A stretch of 20,000 bases of DNA from an uncultured bacterium (GTDB lineage: Bacteria > B130-G9), in NCBI GenBank assembly GCA_965372715.1, contig CBDVDH010000009.1, forward strand, positions 60,317 through 80,316, in the 5' to 3' direction. The position numbers were made by a program, and so were the translations under genes. Position 1 is the first letter of the stretch. Each line of letters begins with the position of its first letter. Below, piece after piece: positions 1-8,823 of the stretch. The notes below the pieces were generated by a model. That model saw only the letters and a list, made by a program, of their open reading frames with translations, did no database searches and had not been told where the DNA came from.

Positions 1-3000
1 AAACGTCGTAATGGCATCGGCGTAGGCCGGTCTGGCCTCAAGATTGCCGCACCAATCGACCGATACAGTGTAGAAGTGGTATATGCCCTCGCCGGCCATC
101 ACGAAGTCGATTGTGCCTGACGTGCCAAGATAGTCGCCGAACTTCTCGTATCGATCGCTGCTTTCGCTGAACCACAGCTCCGTGTAAGCCACACCCGCCG
201 TCGCATCCGTCGCTATCCAGGTTATCTCGATATTCACTTCAGCCGTCTCGGCCGGCGCCGAGCAGACCGACTCTGGCGCGGTCCAGTCAACGACCGTTAT
301 CGCATCGGGATAGAGGTCAGGAGCGTCCTCGGAATTGCCGCAATTGTCAGTCGAGATCGTGTAGAACCCGACCACACCCTCAAAGTCAGAAGGAGCGATC
401 GGCCAGACGAATTGACCTGACGTGCCAGTCTCTATCAGGCCGGTGGCCTCCCATGCCCCTTCGTCAAGCCTGGCCCAGAGCTCTGTGCTCGCTACACCAG
501 AAAGCGTGTCGCCCACAGTAAATGAGACGACGATCTGCTCGAAGTCCTCCGCACACGCGGGTGATTCACAGCTCGAAGCAGGCGGCGTCGCATCATACAG
601 TGTTGTGCTGTCTGAAATCGCGCCAGGATATGCCTCCCAGTTGCTGGCCGAATCCCTGGCGCGCGTAGCGAACTCATAGGTTCCCTCTTGCGACGGCACA
701 AACGCAAACGTACCGGATGCCGCAAAAATGTGGTTCCAATAGAGCCAGCCACCACCGTTGTACCTATAATAGAGGTAAACTGAATACACACCCGCAGGAC
801 CCGCATCCGTAGCAGCGAAGTCAACATCGATGCTAGGCCCGGTGACGCAGTATGGCGATGTCGCGCTCGAGACCGGGGCCTGAGTATCATAGACGACTGT
901 GCAATCGGGCGCATATCTATGGGCCTCCGAATTGCCGGCTACATCAGTCGATACGGTATAGAACTCGTAGGCGCCGTCGCCGAATGGCGGATCAAACATA
1001 TACGTTCCGGACTCGCCGCTCTGTGTATGACCACTTGCCCACGTCCAGCTGCCGCCGTTCACCCGGAAAACAAGACCCGTAGTGTCAACGCCAGAGACAT
1101 TGCCAGTGCCATCCGAGGCAACAAAATCAACTGGCACCGGGACATACGCCGCGTTGACATAGCTGTAAGCGCACGAGCAGCTTGACTGAGGCGCCGTAGT
1201 ATCGACCAGCGTTGTGTCGTCAGGCGTTGCCGCTGGGTCTTCCACGTTGCCCCAGTTGTCCTCGGCTATCGTGAAGAATCCGTAAAGCCCGTCGCCGTCC
1301 AGCGCTGTGAAATCGAAGGTGCCGGAAAGGATGTTGGTGTCAAGCGCCTCAAGCCCCGAGTGCTTCCAGGGCCCGCCGTCAAGGTTATACCACAGGCCGA
1401 CCAGCACGACGCCATTGCCGACCGGGTCAGATGACGTGAAGTCAACCGCCATAGTGGTGCTTGCCACCAGGTCAGGCGCGCCGCCGATGCAGTCAGACCA
1501 CGGCTTAGACACATCCCAAACCGTCTCTGAATCTGGAGGCGTTACAGGCGCCGCCTCGACGTTGCCTGCTTCGTCCGTGGCCATCGTATAGAAGCCATAA
1601 GTGCCCTGCCCAGACGGCGGATCGAACACGAAGTATCCAGACGTCCCCGTCTGATGCTCTGCATACAAGTCGTATGCCCCCCCACCGTTGAAGTTGTGCC
1701 AGAGGGCTACATCCGCAATGCCCGACCCCGAATCAGACGCCACGAAGCCGACCACTATCGGCAGGTCTTCCACATAGGCCGTAGAATCGCAAAGGGACGT
1801 TGGATCGACCGAGTCGTGCAGGCACGAGCTATCAGCCACCCATGGCCATGGCGGTGTCTCGGAAGTTGCATCCGTCTGTATGGCGACCGTGAAGAAGTCA
1901 TACAGCGCGTTAGCGACCGGATAGTCGAAGTAGATCGTCCCAGATGTGCCCGTGCCGTGGGAGTCGGTGTATTTGTGCCAGCTGGTGTAATCGGGGCCCA
2001 CATAGCGTCGCCAATAGAGCCAGACTGTGTCGATCGTGGCGCCCGAAGGAGCGGACGCGGTGTATGCAACGGGTATATTTGGCCCGTTCCAAAGCGCAGG
2101 CGCGAGCCCGAACGAAGATGGCTCGGATGATGTGTAAGCCGTCCAGCAATCGCACTCTGAAGGCGCAGCCTCGATGTTTCCTGCCACGTCGCTCGCTACG
2201 GTGTAGAACTGATAGAGCCCGTCGCCAAACGTTGGGTCAAACCTGAACCTGTCACTTGTGGCCTCAGAGAACATGCCGCTGTCCTGCCAGCCTATGGTCC
2301 AAGTTGTTCCGTAATCAGCAGAATACCTCACCCAGAGCGCGACGCTCTCAAACGTACCCGTGGCATCCGCCGCCTCGAAATCGACATCGAAGGGAGCGCT
2401 GACCGTTACGGTAGCGCAAGTGCATTCAGAGCTCGGCGCCACGTCATCATAGGTCGTCTCGCAATCCGCGACACTCGGCGTCTCCTGATTGCCGCTGTTA
2501 TCCGTCGCGAGCGTCCTGAGCTGATACGTGCCCGGGCCCTCCACGGGCACGAAGTCAAACGTCCCGGACGCAGTAGTCTCGCAGAAGCCCGAATCCTGCC
2601 AGCCTGCGCCCTCGTAGTTATACTGCAGGCAAACCTCCGCTATGCCGCTCGAAGGCGAATCAAGCGCCGCAAACCGAACGGGTATCGGTGAGCTAATGCT
2701 GTATTCAGCGCAGAAGCACGACGATTCTGGCTCCTGAGCGTCGTATATCGTTACAATGTCGTGGGTAGATTTAAAACCTTCCACGTTAGCCGCGTTATCC
2801 ACCGCCTGCGTGAAGAGGTAGTAATCACCCTCGCCGTAAGGCAGGCTCACCGCAATGGTTCCCACTGTGGAATCGCCAGTGTCACCGAGCCACGGTACCC
2901 AACCACCGGCGCCGAAGCGATACCAGACGCCAACGATCGCCACGCCAGAGAGATCGTCCGAGGCCACGTATTCGACATCGATGTCCGGAACAGCTGTGTA

Positions 3001-6000
3001 AAGCGGCCCGGTTGCCGATGAGGTCGGCTCCTGAAGGTCATAGAGGATGGTGTAGAAATCGTCCGTTGGCGCCGACTCCCAATTCCCCGCATTGTCCTGA
3101 GCAATCGTGTAGAACTCGTAGGTTCCGGCTCCGTGATGAGCCCAGAAGAGGAACTCGCCGTCAGTGGCTGTCTTCGTGTGACCTGAAAATGCCCAGAAAC
3201 CGCCGTTGAAGCGATAATACAGATAGACAATGTTGATGCCGGACACCTCATCTGACGCGGTATAATAGACCGGTATCGGGGTGCTGCTGTAAGCTTGAGG
3301 GTCAGCATTAGGGTCAGGGATGATACTGGAAACCGGGGGCGTAACATCGTAGCAAACAGATGTGTCAGCACTCCCCGGCGGCGCCTCAACGTTGCCGAAG
3401 TTATCGGTCCCGATCGTGTAGAACTCCACAATGGCCTCTGTCGCGACGAAACTGAACCAGCCGGCGCCCGTCGCAGGATTGAGATGCCTGAGCCCTGAAT
3501 AACCCCACGGGGAATTGGCCTCAGCATATCGATACCAGAGATCGACGTAGGCGACGCCGCTGTAATTGTCCGTCGCCGTGAAGCCGACCACGACGTTTGG
3601 ACTGCTCGTGTAATACTGCGGGATCGGATCGGCGGCTGAAACAGGCGCCGTCCCGTCATACACAGTTATGTCATCTGGCCCCGCCGGGGTCATTTCAGTA
3701 TTCCCAGCTTTATCCTGGGCGATCGTGTAGAACTCGAGCGTGCCGTCGCTGGCCGGCGGATGATCGAAGATTATCGTCCCAGCGGTCGGGGCATCCTCAA
3801 GCGTCTCATACTTCAACCAGTAACGGCCCTCGTAGCGATACCACAGCGTCACAGAATAGAGCCCGCTCGGCGTGATGCCCTCCTCGGGAGGATCGTCGTC
3901 CGCCAGATACTCGAGGTAGATGGTTGAGGCGCTGGCCTCATCTATTGACTCGACCGATGACCAGGGCGCCGTGACGTCGTGGATGCACCACGCATCGGGA
4001 TCAACTGGCGCGCGCTCGACCTGGCCGTCCGTATCCTCGAGGATCGTGAAGAACTCGTAGAGGCCCTCTTCATCGTGCGGCGCGGCCCATGGGAAGAGAA
4101 TGGCGCCAGTTGGAGCAGTGTAGCCGTAGTCGCAGTCGTACTCGCTCCAATCGCCGCCCTCGTAGCGCCACCAGAGCGTTACGTCTGACACGTCCGCACC
4201 AGGCGTGTACGCGGAATACTCGACCTCTATGCCGGGGACAGCCGATTGAATTGAAAAGAATTCAATTGTCCCCTCGCTTGCGTAGCTCGGCGCATCGGCC
4301 TTCGAGGTCGGCGTCGTGCCGGTGTAGGTGCAGGAATCATCCGCAACAACCTTGGTCTGCAACAAGCCAGCATTATTCAAGGCGAGAACAAAGAACTCAT
4401 AAAGGCCATCGCCCTGGGTCGGATCGTAGTAGAACGTTCCGTTCTCCTCGGTCTTCGCCATACCAGTGTACGACCAATCGCCGCCAGCATAGCGATGGAA
4501 CAGATAAACCTGCGCCACACCGCTGACAAGGTCTTCGGCGAAGTAGTCGATGTCTATCGGCGCGTAGTCAGCAGTTGCAGGGCAGTCGCAATCCGAGACT
4601 GGGGCGGTAGCGTCATATATGGTCGTCGAATGCGGCGAGGACGGAATCGCTGAGAGGTTACCGGACCTGTCGAGAGCCCTGGTGCAGAGATCGTAAGTGC
4701 CCTCGCCTTCTACGGCCGAGAAGTTGAACGTGCCGTAATCACCGGTCTCGCTCATACCGCTGTTCGTCCAGTCCGGAGTCCAAGGCGGTTCGCCGTCCGC
4801 AGAATACCTATACCACAGCTGCGTCTCCTCGATGCCTGACGAAGGCATGTCATAAGAGTAGTAGTGAACCTCAAAAGGCGATGTGGCATAAGCCGGCGAG
4901 ATGCAATGCGATGTAGGCGGCGTTGTGTCGAGCATAACCCACCAATCGGCGTTCTCAGGCGGGAACTCCCAGTTGCCCAGCTCATCCTTGGCCAGCGTGT
5001 AGAAATAATATGTGCCCTCGCCGTGCTGCATCTCAAACGGCCTGCTGCCGACGACGATTGGAGCACCGCCACCAATAGACGATCCCGTTACGTTGAAGCC
5101 GTCCTCGTCGCCGAAGCGATAGTAGAGCCACAGTTCATCGACGTCCATGGTCGCATCTACGGCGCTGTAGTTATATGTCAACGTCGTGGTGTTCATGTAA
5201 TGATCGGCAGCCCAGCAACTGGATTCGGGCGGTGTGGTATCCCACCAACCAGTGATAGTAGCGCCGAAGAACGGCTCTACATTGCCGGCAGCGTCTTCGG
5301 CAAGGAAGAAGAACTCGTATTCACCGTCCCCATAGGACGGCACGAACGAATACAGGTAAGCCAAATGATTGGGTACAACGATCCACGATGTTGTTAGAGG
5401 CAGGCTCCCATACAGGTGATACGCCCCCGCAACCCTGCGGTAGAACATCGGCACCAAGGTAATACTGAAATTATCGACCGACTCGCCAGAAATCAGCAGA
5501 GTGCCCTGACTTGCGTCGGTACAAGTAAGAGGCGTTGAGACGGGTGGCTCATCGTCATAGACCGTCGCGCAATCCGGCGATGTCGCCCCATCGGGAGGCG
5601 CCTCTGCATTCCCGCAATTGTCATAGGCACGGGTGCAGAACCCAAGAGCGCCGTTCGTCTGCGGGCCAGGATAATAGAACGGGAACGTCCCCGTGGCGCC
5701 GGTCTGGGTGGCGCCCGCGCCTGGATAAAGGGTCCACCCGCCGCCGTCCAGATTCCAATAGAGCCTCACATAATCAACTCCACTGGTCGCGTCGAACGCC
5801 TCGTAATTCACGCTAATCGGCGAGGTGTTCGTGATGTCAGGCGAGATGGCCCTGGAGCGTGGGAGCGTGGTATCGACGATGGTCACCATGTCTGGAGGCG
5901 TCGATGCGCTAGGATATGCCTCGCTGTTGCCGCAGCAGTCCCACGAAACGGTAGTGAAACCATAAACACCGTCGCCCTGAGGCGCTGTGAAGGATATGGT

Positions 6001-6822
6001 TCCGCTTATGTTCTCACCGCAGCTTGTTGAGTAGCGATCGTAGTAATACCAATAGCCGCCGTTAAACTGGTAGTACAGTCGAATGAGATAGGCCCCTGCC
6101 ATATTCGGGCTGACGCTTGGGTCGTTCGCGGCAACGTCAACGTCGAACGTCCCGTCGGTATCGCACGTAGGAGCGTCGGTCACCACAGATGTAGGAGCTG
6201 TGGTGTCATAGATTATGACCTTAGTGGTGCCCGGCGTGCCCTCGTCGTTGCCGCAGTTGTCGGTTGTGACGCAGCCAAACGTGTATTCGCCGTCTAAAGT
6301 TGGGATGAAGTTGAAATAGCCCTGCCGGCCGCTCCCCTCCTCCTTCTGATCGTAGGTCCACGAGCCATCATCATACCGATACCAGAGCTCGACGTCCGGC
6401 TCGTAAGTGCAGCTTTCATCAACGTCGTAGTCCACACGGATCGGCGCGGGATAGGCAGGTCCACCCCAGCAACTGGACTGGGAAGTCACGTACGTTACCG
6501 GGGCCGTGTCGTCATATTTCGTCCAGCAGTCGCGACTGCTCTTGGCCTCAATGTTGGCGCAGTCCTCAGCAATTGTGAGGAACTCTATCCGCCCCTCAAG
6601 AGACCAATCCGCGGAGAATACACCAACTGTGGCGTCAGTGGACGTGAGATAAGTCCAATCGCCCCACCATTTCTGACCCTCGCAGTCCGGCGTCCGACGA
6701 TACCATAGTGATACCCTTGTGACGCCGGTGAAGTAATCGGAGGAGGTGAAACCAACCTCTATCGGCGAGCTGGTGAAGCATTGAGAATCGCACCAGCACG
6801 TAGAGGTTGGCGGCGTGTTGTC
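1..6822 (-). repeat. Tandem array of about 22 protein-level Ig-like (Big-type) repeats, ~103 aa (~310 bp) each
   Basis: Recurring pattern D-x-T-x-P-x-S-x-C...(I/F)xVxFxAxD..SG(V/I)xxVxLWYR(Y/F)xGGxW...GTFxF...GxGxYEFYTxAxDxxGNxE..P...D..TxYD. Counted by eye from DNTPPTSTCWC (6822) to the window edge. Confidence 0.85.
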
Positions 6823-8334
6823 AACGTCCATGGCATCGAGCCAACCTGTGTCAGGATACGTCCCGGTAATGCCTCCCCACGTCTCGTAGCTCATATAATA
6901 CTCATAAGGACCCGCTGCAAGCGAGCTCACGGTCCCAATCCACGTAACACCGCTGTCGAAATGCAAATCTACTACGGTGAAGCCGTCGTCGAGGTGCACT
7001 TGAACTGCCGCAAGCGTGGCGACCGTGGGCGGAACACTGCAATCAACTGTGAACTCGAATATGGTTGCCGAGCTCCCGCAATCCGGAGTATGCGCCGGAT
7101 TGGTCAGGTAGCTGCCAGTATGGAACGCGTAAAGCGTCGCTGGGGAGTCGTATGTGCAGAAGTAGAGGGTCCCGTCCGTCCCGATAGACCCAGCCGACAG
7201 CCAGGTCCATTCGTCATAGCCGAGATCGTAAGACCAACAGAGGCGTCCTAGCGGCGAGACACCGAAGAACAGCCCGCCGTTGCCTGTAACATAGATTGTG
7301 CCAGTAGCATCAATTATTGCACTGGCATACATGAGATCGGTTCCGGCCGCCAATTGGACAGACCATTTCAGTGTCCCGCCTGAGGCAATGGCAAACAAGT
7401 TGGCCTTGCCGTCCACAACATATAGCGTGCCATCGGTGCCAATCGCGGGCGCATTGAGTATCCCGGCCCCCGCCTCAGGGCTGTCCCAGGCCCAACCCAA
7501 CGTCCCATCCGATGCAACGCAATACAGAACGCTCTCGTTATTACTATCGCCGGCGTCGCCGAAGTAGATGAACTCACGGTCTTCCGAAACCGACGGAGAT
7601 GAATAGACGACCCAGTCGAGACCGCCACAGAGAGGATAAGTCCACTTCACGGTCCCGGTGCTGGCCTCAACCGCCACCAAAGCGCCAGAATGGAAGTCAT
7701 CCTTATTCCCTGTTACATAGACCGTGTCGCCATCAAAGGCGGGGGAGGTCTCGAAAAACCTGATATTGTCGCCGAACGCCTGCGTCCAGGCGGCGGTGCC
7801 TTGAAGAGGCCCTGACATGTATATGGCGTGAACCTTATCCCATTCTATGCAGAAAACTAGGTTCAGATCATCGGCGATAACGGGAGAAGTGATCGGATCC
7901 CCACCGACCGTGCCGTCGTATGACCAGACGAGACTCCCCCCCTTGTCAATCCTATAAACGGACGCACCTCGACTTTGGGCAATTATGCTGGAATCGCTTG
8001 CAATCGCGGGAGCGCACATCGCCAAGTCTCCACCCAAATCATAAGTCCACCGTAGTGAGCTATCCGGATTCAAGGCGTAGGCGTTCCCGGGCCATTGCGA
8101 CGTGAAGCGCAACGTTCCGTCAGTCGCAATGGTGACGGAACTACCGTGCAGCCCTGGATACGTCCACTTCAAGAACGGGCCATTCGGCCCCACCCAGGGG
8201 CATCGCCCTGAATTCCGCGCATCGTAAAGATAAGTCGGCCATACGTCTCCCTGCGCAAAGGAGGCCGAAGACGCAATCAGGCCAAAAAGAACCAGAATGC
8301 TAACCGTCAAAGCAATTTTGTGTCGTCCCGTCAT
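1..8334 (-). CDS. Giant secreted/surface protein, >=2778 aa, 3' end outside the window: signal peptide + PQQ-like beta-propeller + linker domain + >=22 Ig-like repeats
   Basis: Manual translation from the ATG at 8334 gives MTGRHKIALTVSILVLFGLIASSASFAQGDVWPTYLYDARNSGRCPW. The same frame at the window edge reads ...GIYHFYTVSVDWCGNLEARPAYADAITTF. I saw no stop. The ORF track lists nothing in this frame across 1-8334, as expected for a frame open to the edge. Purine-rich AAGAAAGGGTGG lies upstream of the ATG. Confidence 0.93.
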   Translation of the reverse strand, partial: MTGRHKIALTVSILVLFGLIASSASFAQGDVWPTYLYDARNSGRCPWVGPNGPFLKWTYPGLHGSSVTIATDGTLRFTSQWPGNAYALNPDSSLRWTYDLGGDLAMCAPAIASDSSIIAQSRGASVYRIDKGGSLVWSYDGTVGGDPITSPVIADDLNLVFCIEWDKVHAIYMSGPLQGTAAWTQAFGDNIRFFETSPAFDGDTVYVTGNKDDFHSGALVAVEASTGTVKWTYPLCGGLDWVVYSSPSVSEDREFIYFGDAGDSNNESVLYCVASDGTLGWAWDSPEAGAGILNAPAIGTDGTLYVVDGKANLFAIASGGTLKWSVQLAAGTDLMYASAIIDATGTIYVTGNGGLFFGVSPLGRLCWSYDLGYDEWTWLSAGSIGTDGTLYFCTYDSPATLYAFHTGSYLTNPAHTPDCGSSATIFEFTVDCSVPPTVATLAAVQVHLDDGFTVVDLHFDSGVTWIGTVSSLAAGPYEYYMSYETWGGITGTYPDTGWLDAMDVDNTPPTSTCWCDSQCFTSSPIEVGFTSSDYFTGVTRVSLWYRRTPDCEGQKWWGDWTYLTSTDATVGVFSADWSLEGRIEFLTIAEDCANIEAKSSRDCWTKYDDTAPVTYVTSQSSCWGGPAYPAPIRVDYDVDESCTYEPDVELWYRYDDGSWTYDQKEEGSGRQGYFNFIPTLDGEYTFGCVTTDNCGNDEGTPGTTKVIIYDTTAPTSVVTDAPTCDTDGTFDVDVAANDPSVSPNMAGAYLIRLYYQFNGGYWYYYDRYSTSCGENISGTISFTAPQGDGVYGFTTVSWDCCGNSEAYPSASTPPDMVTIVDTTLPRSRAISPDITNTSPISVNYEAFDATSGVDYVRLYWNLDGGGWTLYPGAGATQTGATGTFPFYYPGPQTNGALGFCTRAYDNCGNAEAPPDGATSPDCATVYDDEPPVSTPLTCTDASQGTLLISGESVDNFSITLVPMFYRRVAGAYHLYGSLPLTTSWIVVPNHLAYLYSFVPSYGDGEYEFFFLAEDAAGNVEPFFGATITGWWDTTPPESSCWAADHYMNTTTLTYNYSAVDATMDVDELWLYYRFGDEDGFNVTGSSIGGGAPIVVGSRPFEMQHGEGTYYFYTLAKDELGNWEFPPENADWWVMLDTTPPTSHCISPAYATSPFEVHYYSYDMPSSGIEETQLWYRYSADGEPPWTPDWTNSGMSETGDYGTFNFSAVEGEGTYDLCTRALDRSGNLSAIPSSPHSTTIYDATAPVSDCDCPATADYAPIDIDYFAEDLVSGVAQVYLFHRYAGGDWSYTGMAKTEENGTFYYDPTQGDGLYEFFVLALNNAGLLQTKVVADDSCTYTGTTPTSKADAPSYASEGTIEFFSIQSAVPGIEVEYSAYTPGADVSDVTLWWRYEGGDWSEYDCDYGYTAPTGAILFPWAAPHDEEGLYEFFTILEDTDGQVERAPVDPDAWCIHDVTAPWSSVESIDEASASTIYLEYLADDDPPEEGITPSGLYSVTLWYRYEGRYWLKYETLEDAPTAGTIIFDHPPASDGTLEFYTIAQDKAGNTEMTPAGPDDITVYDGTAPVSAADPIPQYYTSSPNVVVGFTATDNYSGVAYVDLWYRYAEANSPWGYSGLRHLNPATGAGWFSFVATEAIVEFYTIGTDNFGNVEAPPGSADTSVCYDVTPPVSSIIPDPNADPQAYSSTPIPVYYTASDEVSGINIVYLYYRFNGGFWAFSGHTKTATDGEFLFWAHHGAGTYEFYTIAQDNAGNWESAPTDDFYTILYDLQEPTSSATGPLYTAVPDIDVEYVASDDLSGVAIVGVWYRFGAGGWVPWLGDTGDSTVGTIAVSLPYGEGDYYLFTQAVDNAANVEGFKSTHDIVTIYDAQEPESSCFCAEYSISSPIPVRFAALDSPSSGIAEVCLQYNYEGAGWQDSGFCETTASGTFDFVPVEGPGTYQLRTLATDNSGNQETPSVADCETTYDDVAPSSECTCATVTVSAPFDVDFEAADATGTFESVALWVRYSADYGTTWTIGWQDSGMFSEATSDRFRFDPTFGDGLYQFYTVASDVAGNIEAAPSECDCWTAYTSSEPSSFGLAPALWNGPNIPVAYTASAPSGATIDTVWLYWRRYVGPDYTSWHKYTDSHGTGTSGTIYFDYPVANALYDFFTVAIQTDATSETPPWPWVADSSCLHDSVDPTSLCDSTAYVEDLPIVVGFVASDSGSGIADVALWHNFNGGGAYDLYAEHQTGTSGYFVFDPPSGQGTYGFYTMATDEAGNVEAAPVTPPDSETVWDVSKPWSDCIGGAPDLVASTTMAVDFTSSDPVGNGVVLVGLWYNLDGGPWKHSGLEALDTNILSGTFDFTALDGDGLYGFFTIAEDNWGNVEDPAATPDDTTLVDTTAPQSSCSCAYSYVNAAYVPVPVDFVASDGTGNVSGVDTTGLVFRVNGGSWTWASGHTQSGESGTYMFDPPFGDGAYEFYTVSTDVAGNSEAHRYAPDCTVVYDTQAPVSSATSPYCVTGPSIDVDFAATDAGPAGVYSVYLYYRYNGGGWLYWNHIFAASGTFAFVPSQEGTYEFATRARDSASNWEAYPGAISDSTTLYDATPPASSCESPACAEDFEQIVVSFTVGDTLSGVASTELWARLDEGAWEATGLIETGTSGQFVWPIAPSDFEGVVGFYTISTDNCGNSEDAPDLYPDAITVVDWTAPESVCSAPAETAEVNIEITWIATDATAGVAYTELWFSESSDRYEKFGDYLGTSGTIDFVMAGEGIYHFYTVSVDWCGNLEARPAYADAITTF
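7123..8253 (-). other. PQQ-like (BamB/PQQ_2-type) beta-propeller region of the giant protein
   Basis: N-terminal WPTYLYDARNSG motif and repeated blades such as AYALNPDSSLRWTY, LVAVEASTGTVKWTY, PAIGTDGTLYVVDGKANLFAIASGGTLKWSV, GSIGTDGTLYF. Confidence 0.85.
8254..8334 (-). other. Sec signal peptide (27 aa, cleavage S-F-A|Q)
   Basis: Basic N-region (RHK), hydrophobic core IALTVSILVLFGLIA, small residues at -3 and -1. No twin-arginine motif and no lipobox Cys. Confidence 0.85.
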
Positions 8335-8420
8335 TAGTGCTGCACCACCCTTTCTTGGTTCGAACCAAACACGGTGTAGATATTCAATCTTGCCAAATCA
8401 AAAAAGAATCACATCGCAGA

Positions 8421-8521
8421 TGGGGATCAGCTCGCCTCGAAAGGCGGATTCGCCCTTCAAAGAAGAGAATACCAGTAGCGCAACAAGCCAGTATTTGCCC
8501 CGCTTGGCCTACTCATCCCCA
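8421..8521 (-). ncRNA. Candidate structured 5' leader RNA (three-way junction), family unknown
   Basis: On the minus strand UGGGGAU/AUCCCCA closes two hairpins: AAUACUGG/CUGGUAUU (extendable) and UUGAAGGGCG-AAUC-CGCCUUUCGA. Mismatches on + are G-U pairs on the transcribed strand. It lies between the promoter and the ATG. Confidence 0.5.
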
Positions 8522-8566
8522 ACGTGTGGTTATCCAAAATGCCTCAATACTATTATCAGTAAGCAA

Positions 8567-8596
8567 AGAATAGCTCAATTGAGGGCGGACTGTCAA
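8567..8596 (-). promoter_or_regulatory. Probable sigma70 promoter of the giant-protein gene
   Basis: Minus strand TTGACA-N18-TATTCT. The spacer contains the perfect palindrome CTCAATTGAG (8574-8583). Confidence 0.6.
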
Positions 8597-8609
8597 TAGC
8601 GAATTGGGA

Positions 8610-8651
8610 GTTCCCGAAAGGGGAGCAGCCCGAAGTCCAAAGCCTAAAGCC
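8610..8651 (-). repeat. Heptamer tract + 17-nt hairpin element, copy 1
   Basis: Minus strand GGCTTTA GGCTTTG GACTTCG GGCT GCTCCCCTTTCGGGAAC; resembles 9838-9893 on the + strand. Confidence 0.55.
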
Positions 8652-8823
8652 GGAGCGCTGAGGACGTTCGCCGAACGGCGAATCCCAAGTCAATCTCTGA
8701 ACGGCAGGCTCATTGGCGGCCAGAAGTGCGGGACTCGTCAAGTGTTATGATATAGGAGACCTATTCGGAAGAGGATACGACTGCGATTGCGTGGCGACCT
8801 GATGCGGGACCGCGCCAGAAAGA

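Noticed and set aside
4234-4244. 11-mer GGGGACAGCCG shared with 12167-12177
   Set aside because: An 11-bp match is expected by chance within 20 kb.
422-8105. About 20 short ORFs in the supplied track
   Set aside because: They overlap the giant minus-strand CDS in other frames and have Arg/Ser-rich shadow composition.
8604-8632. SRP RNA helix-8 look-alike (GAGTTCCCGAAAGGGGAGCAGCC)
   Set aside because: It lacks the CAGG strand of the symmetric loop and the long flanking helix, and is better explained as a copy of the 9877-9893 hairpin.
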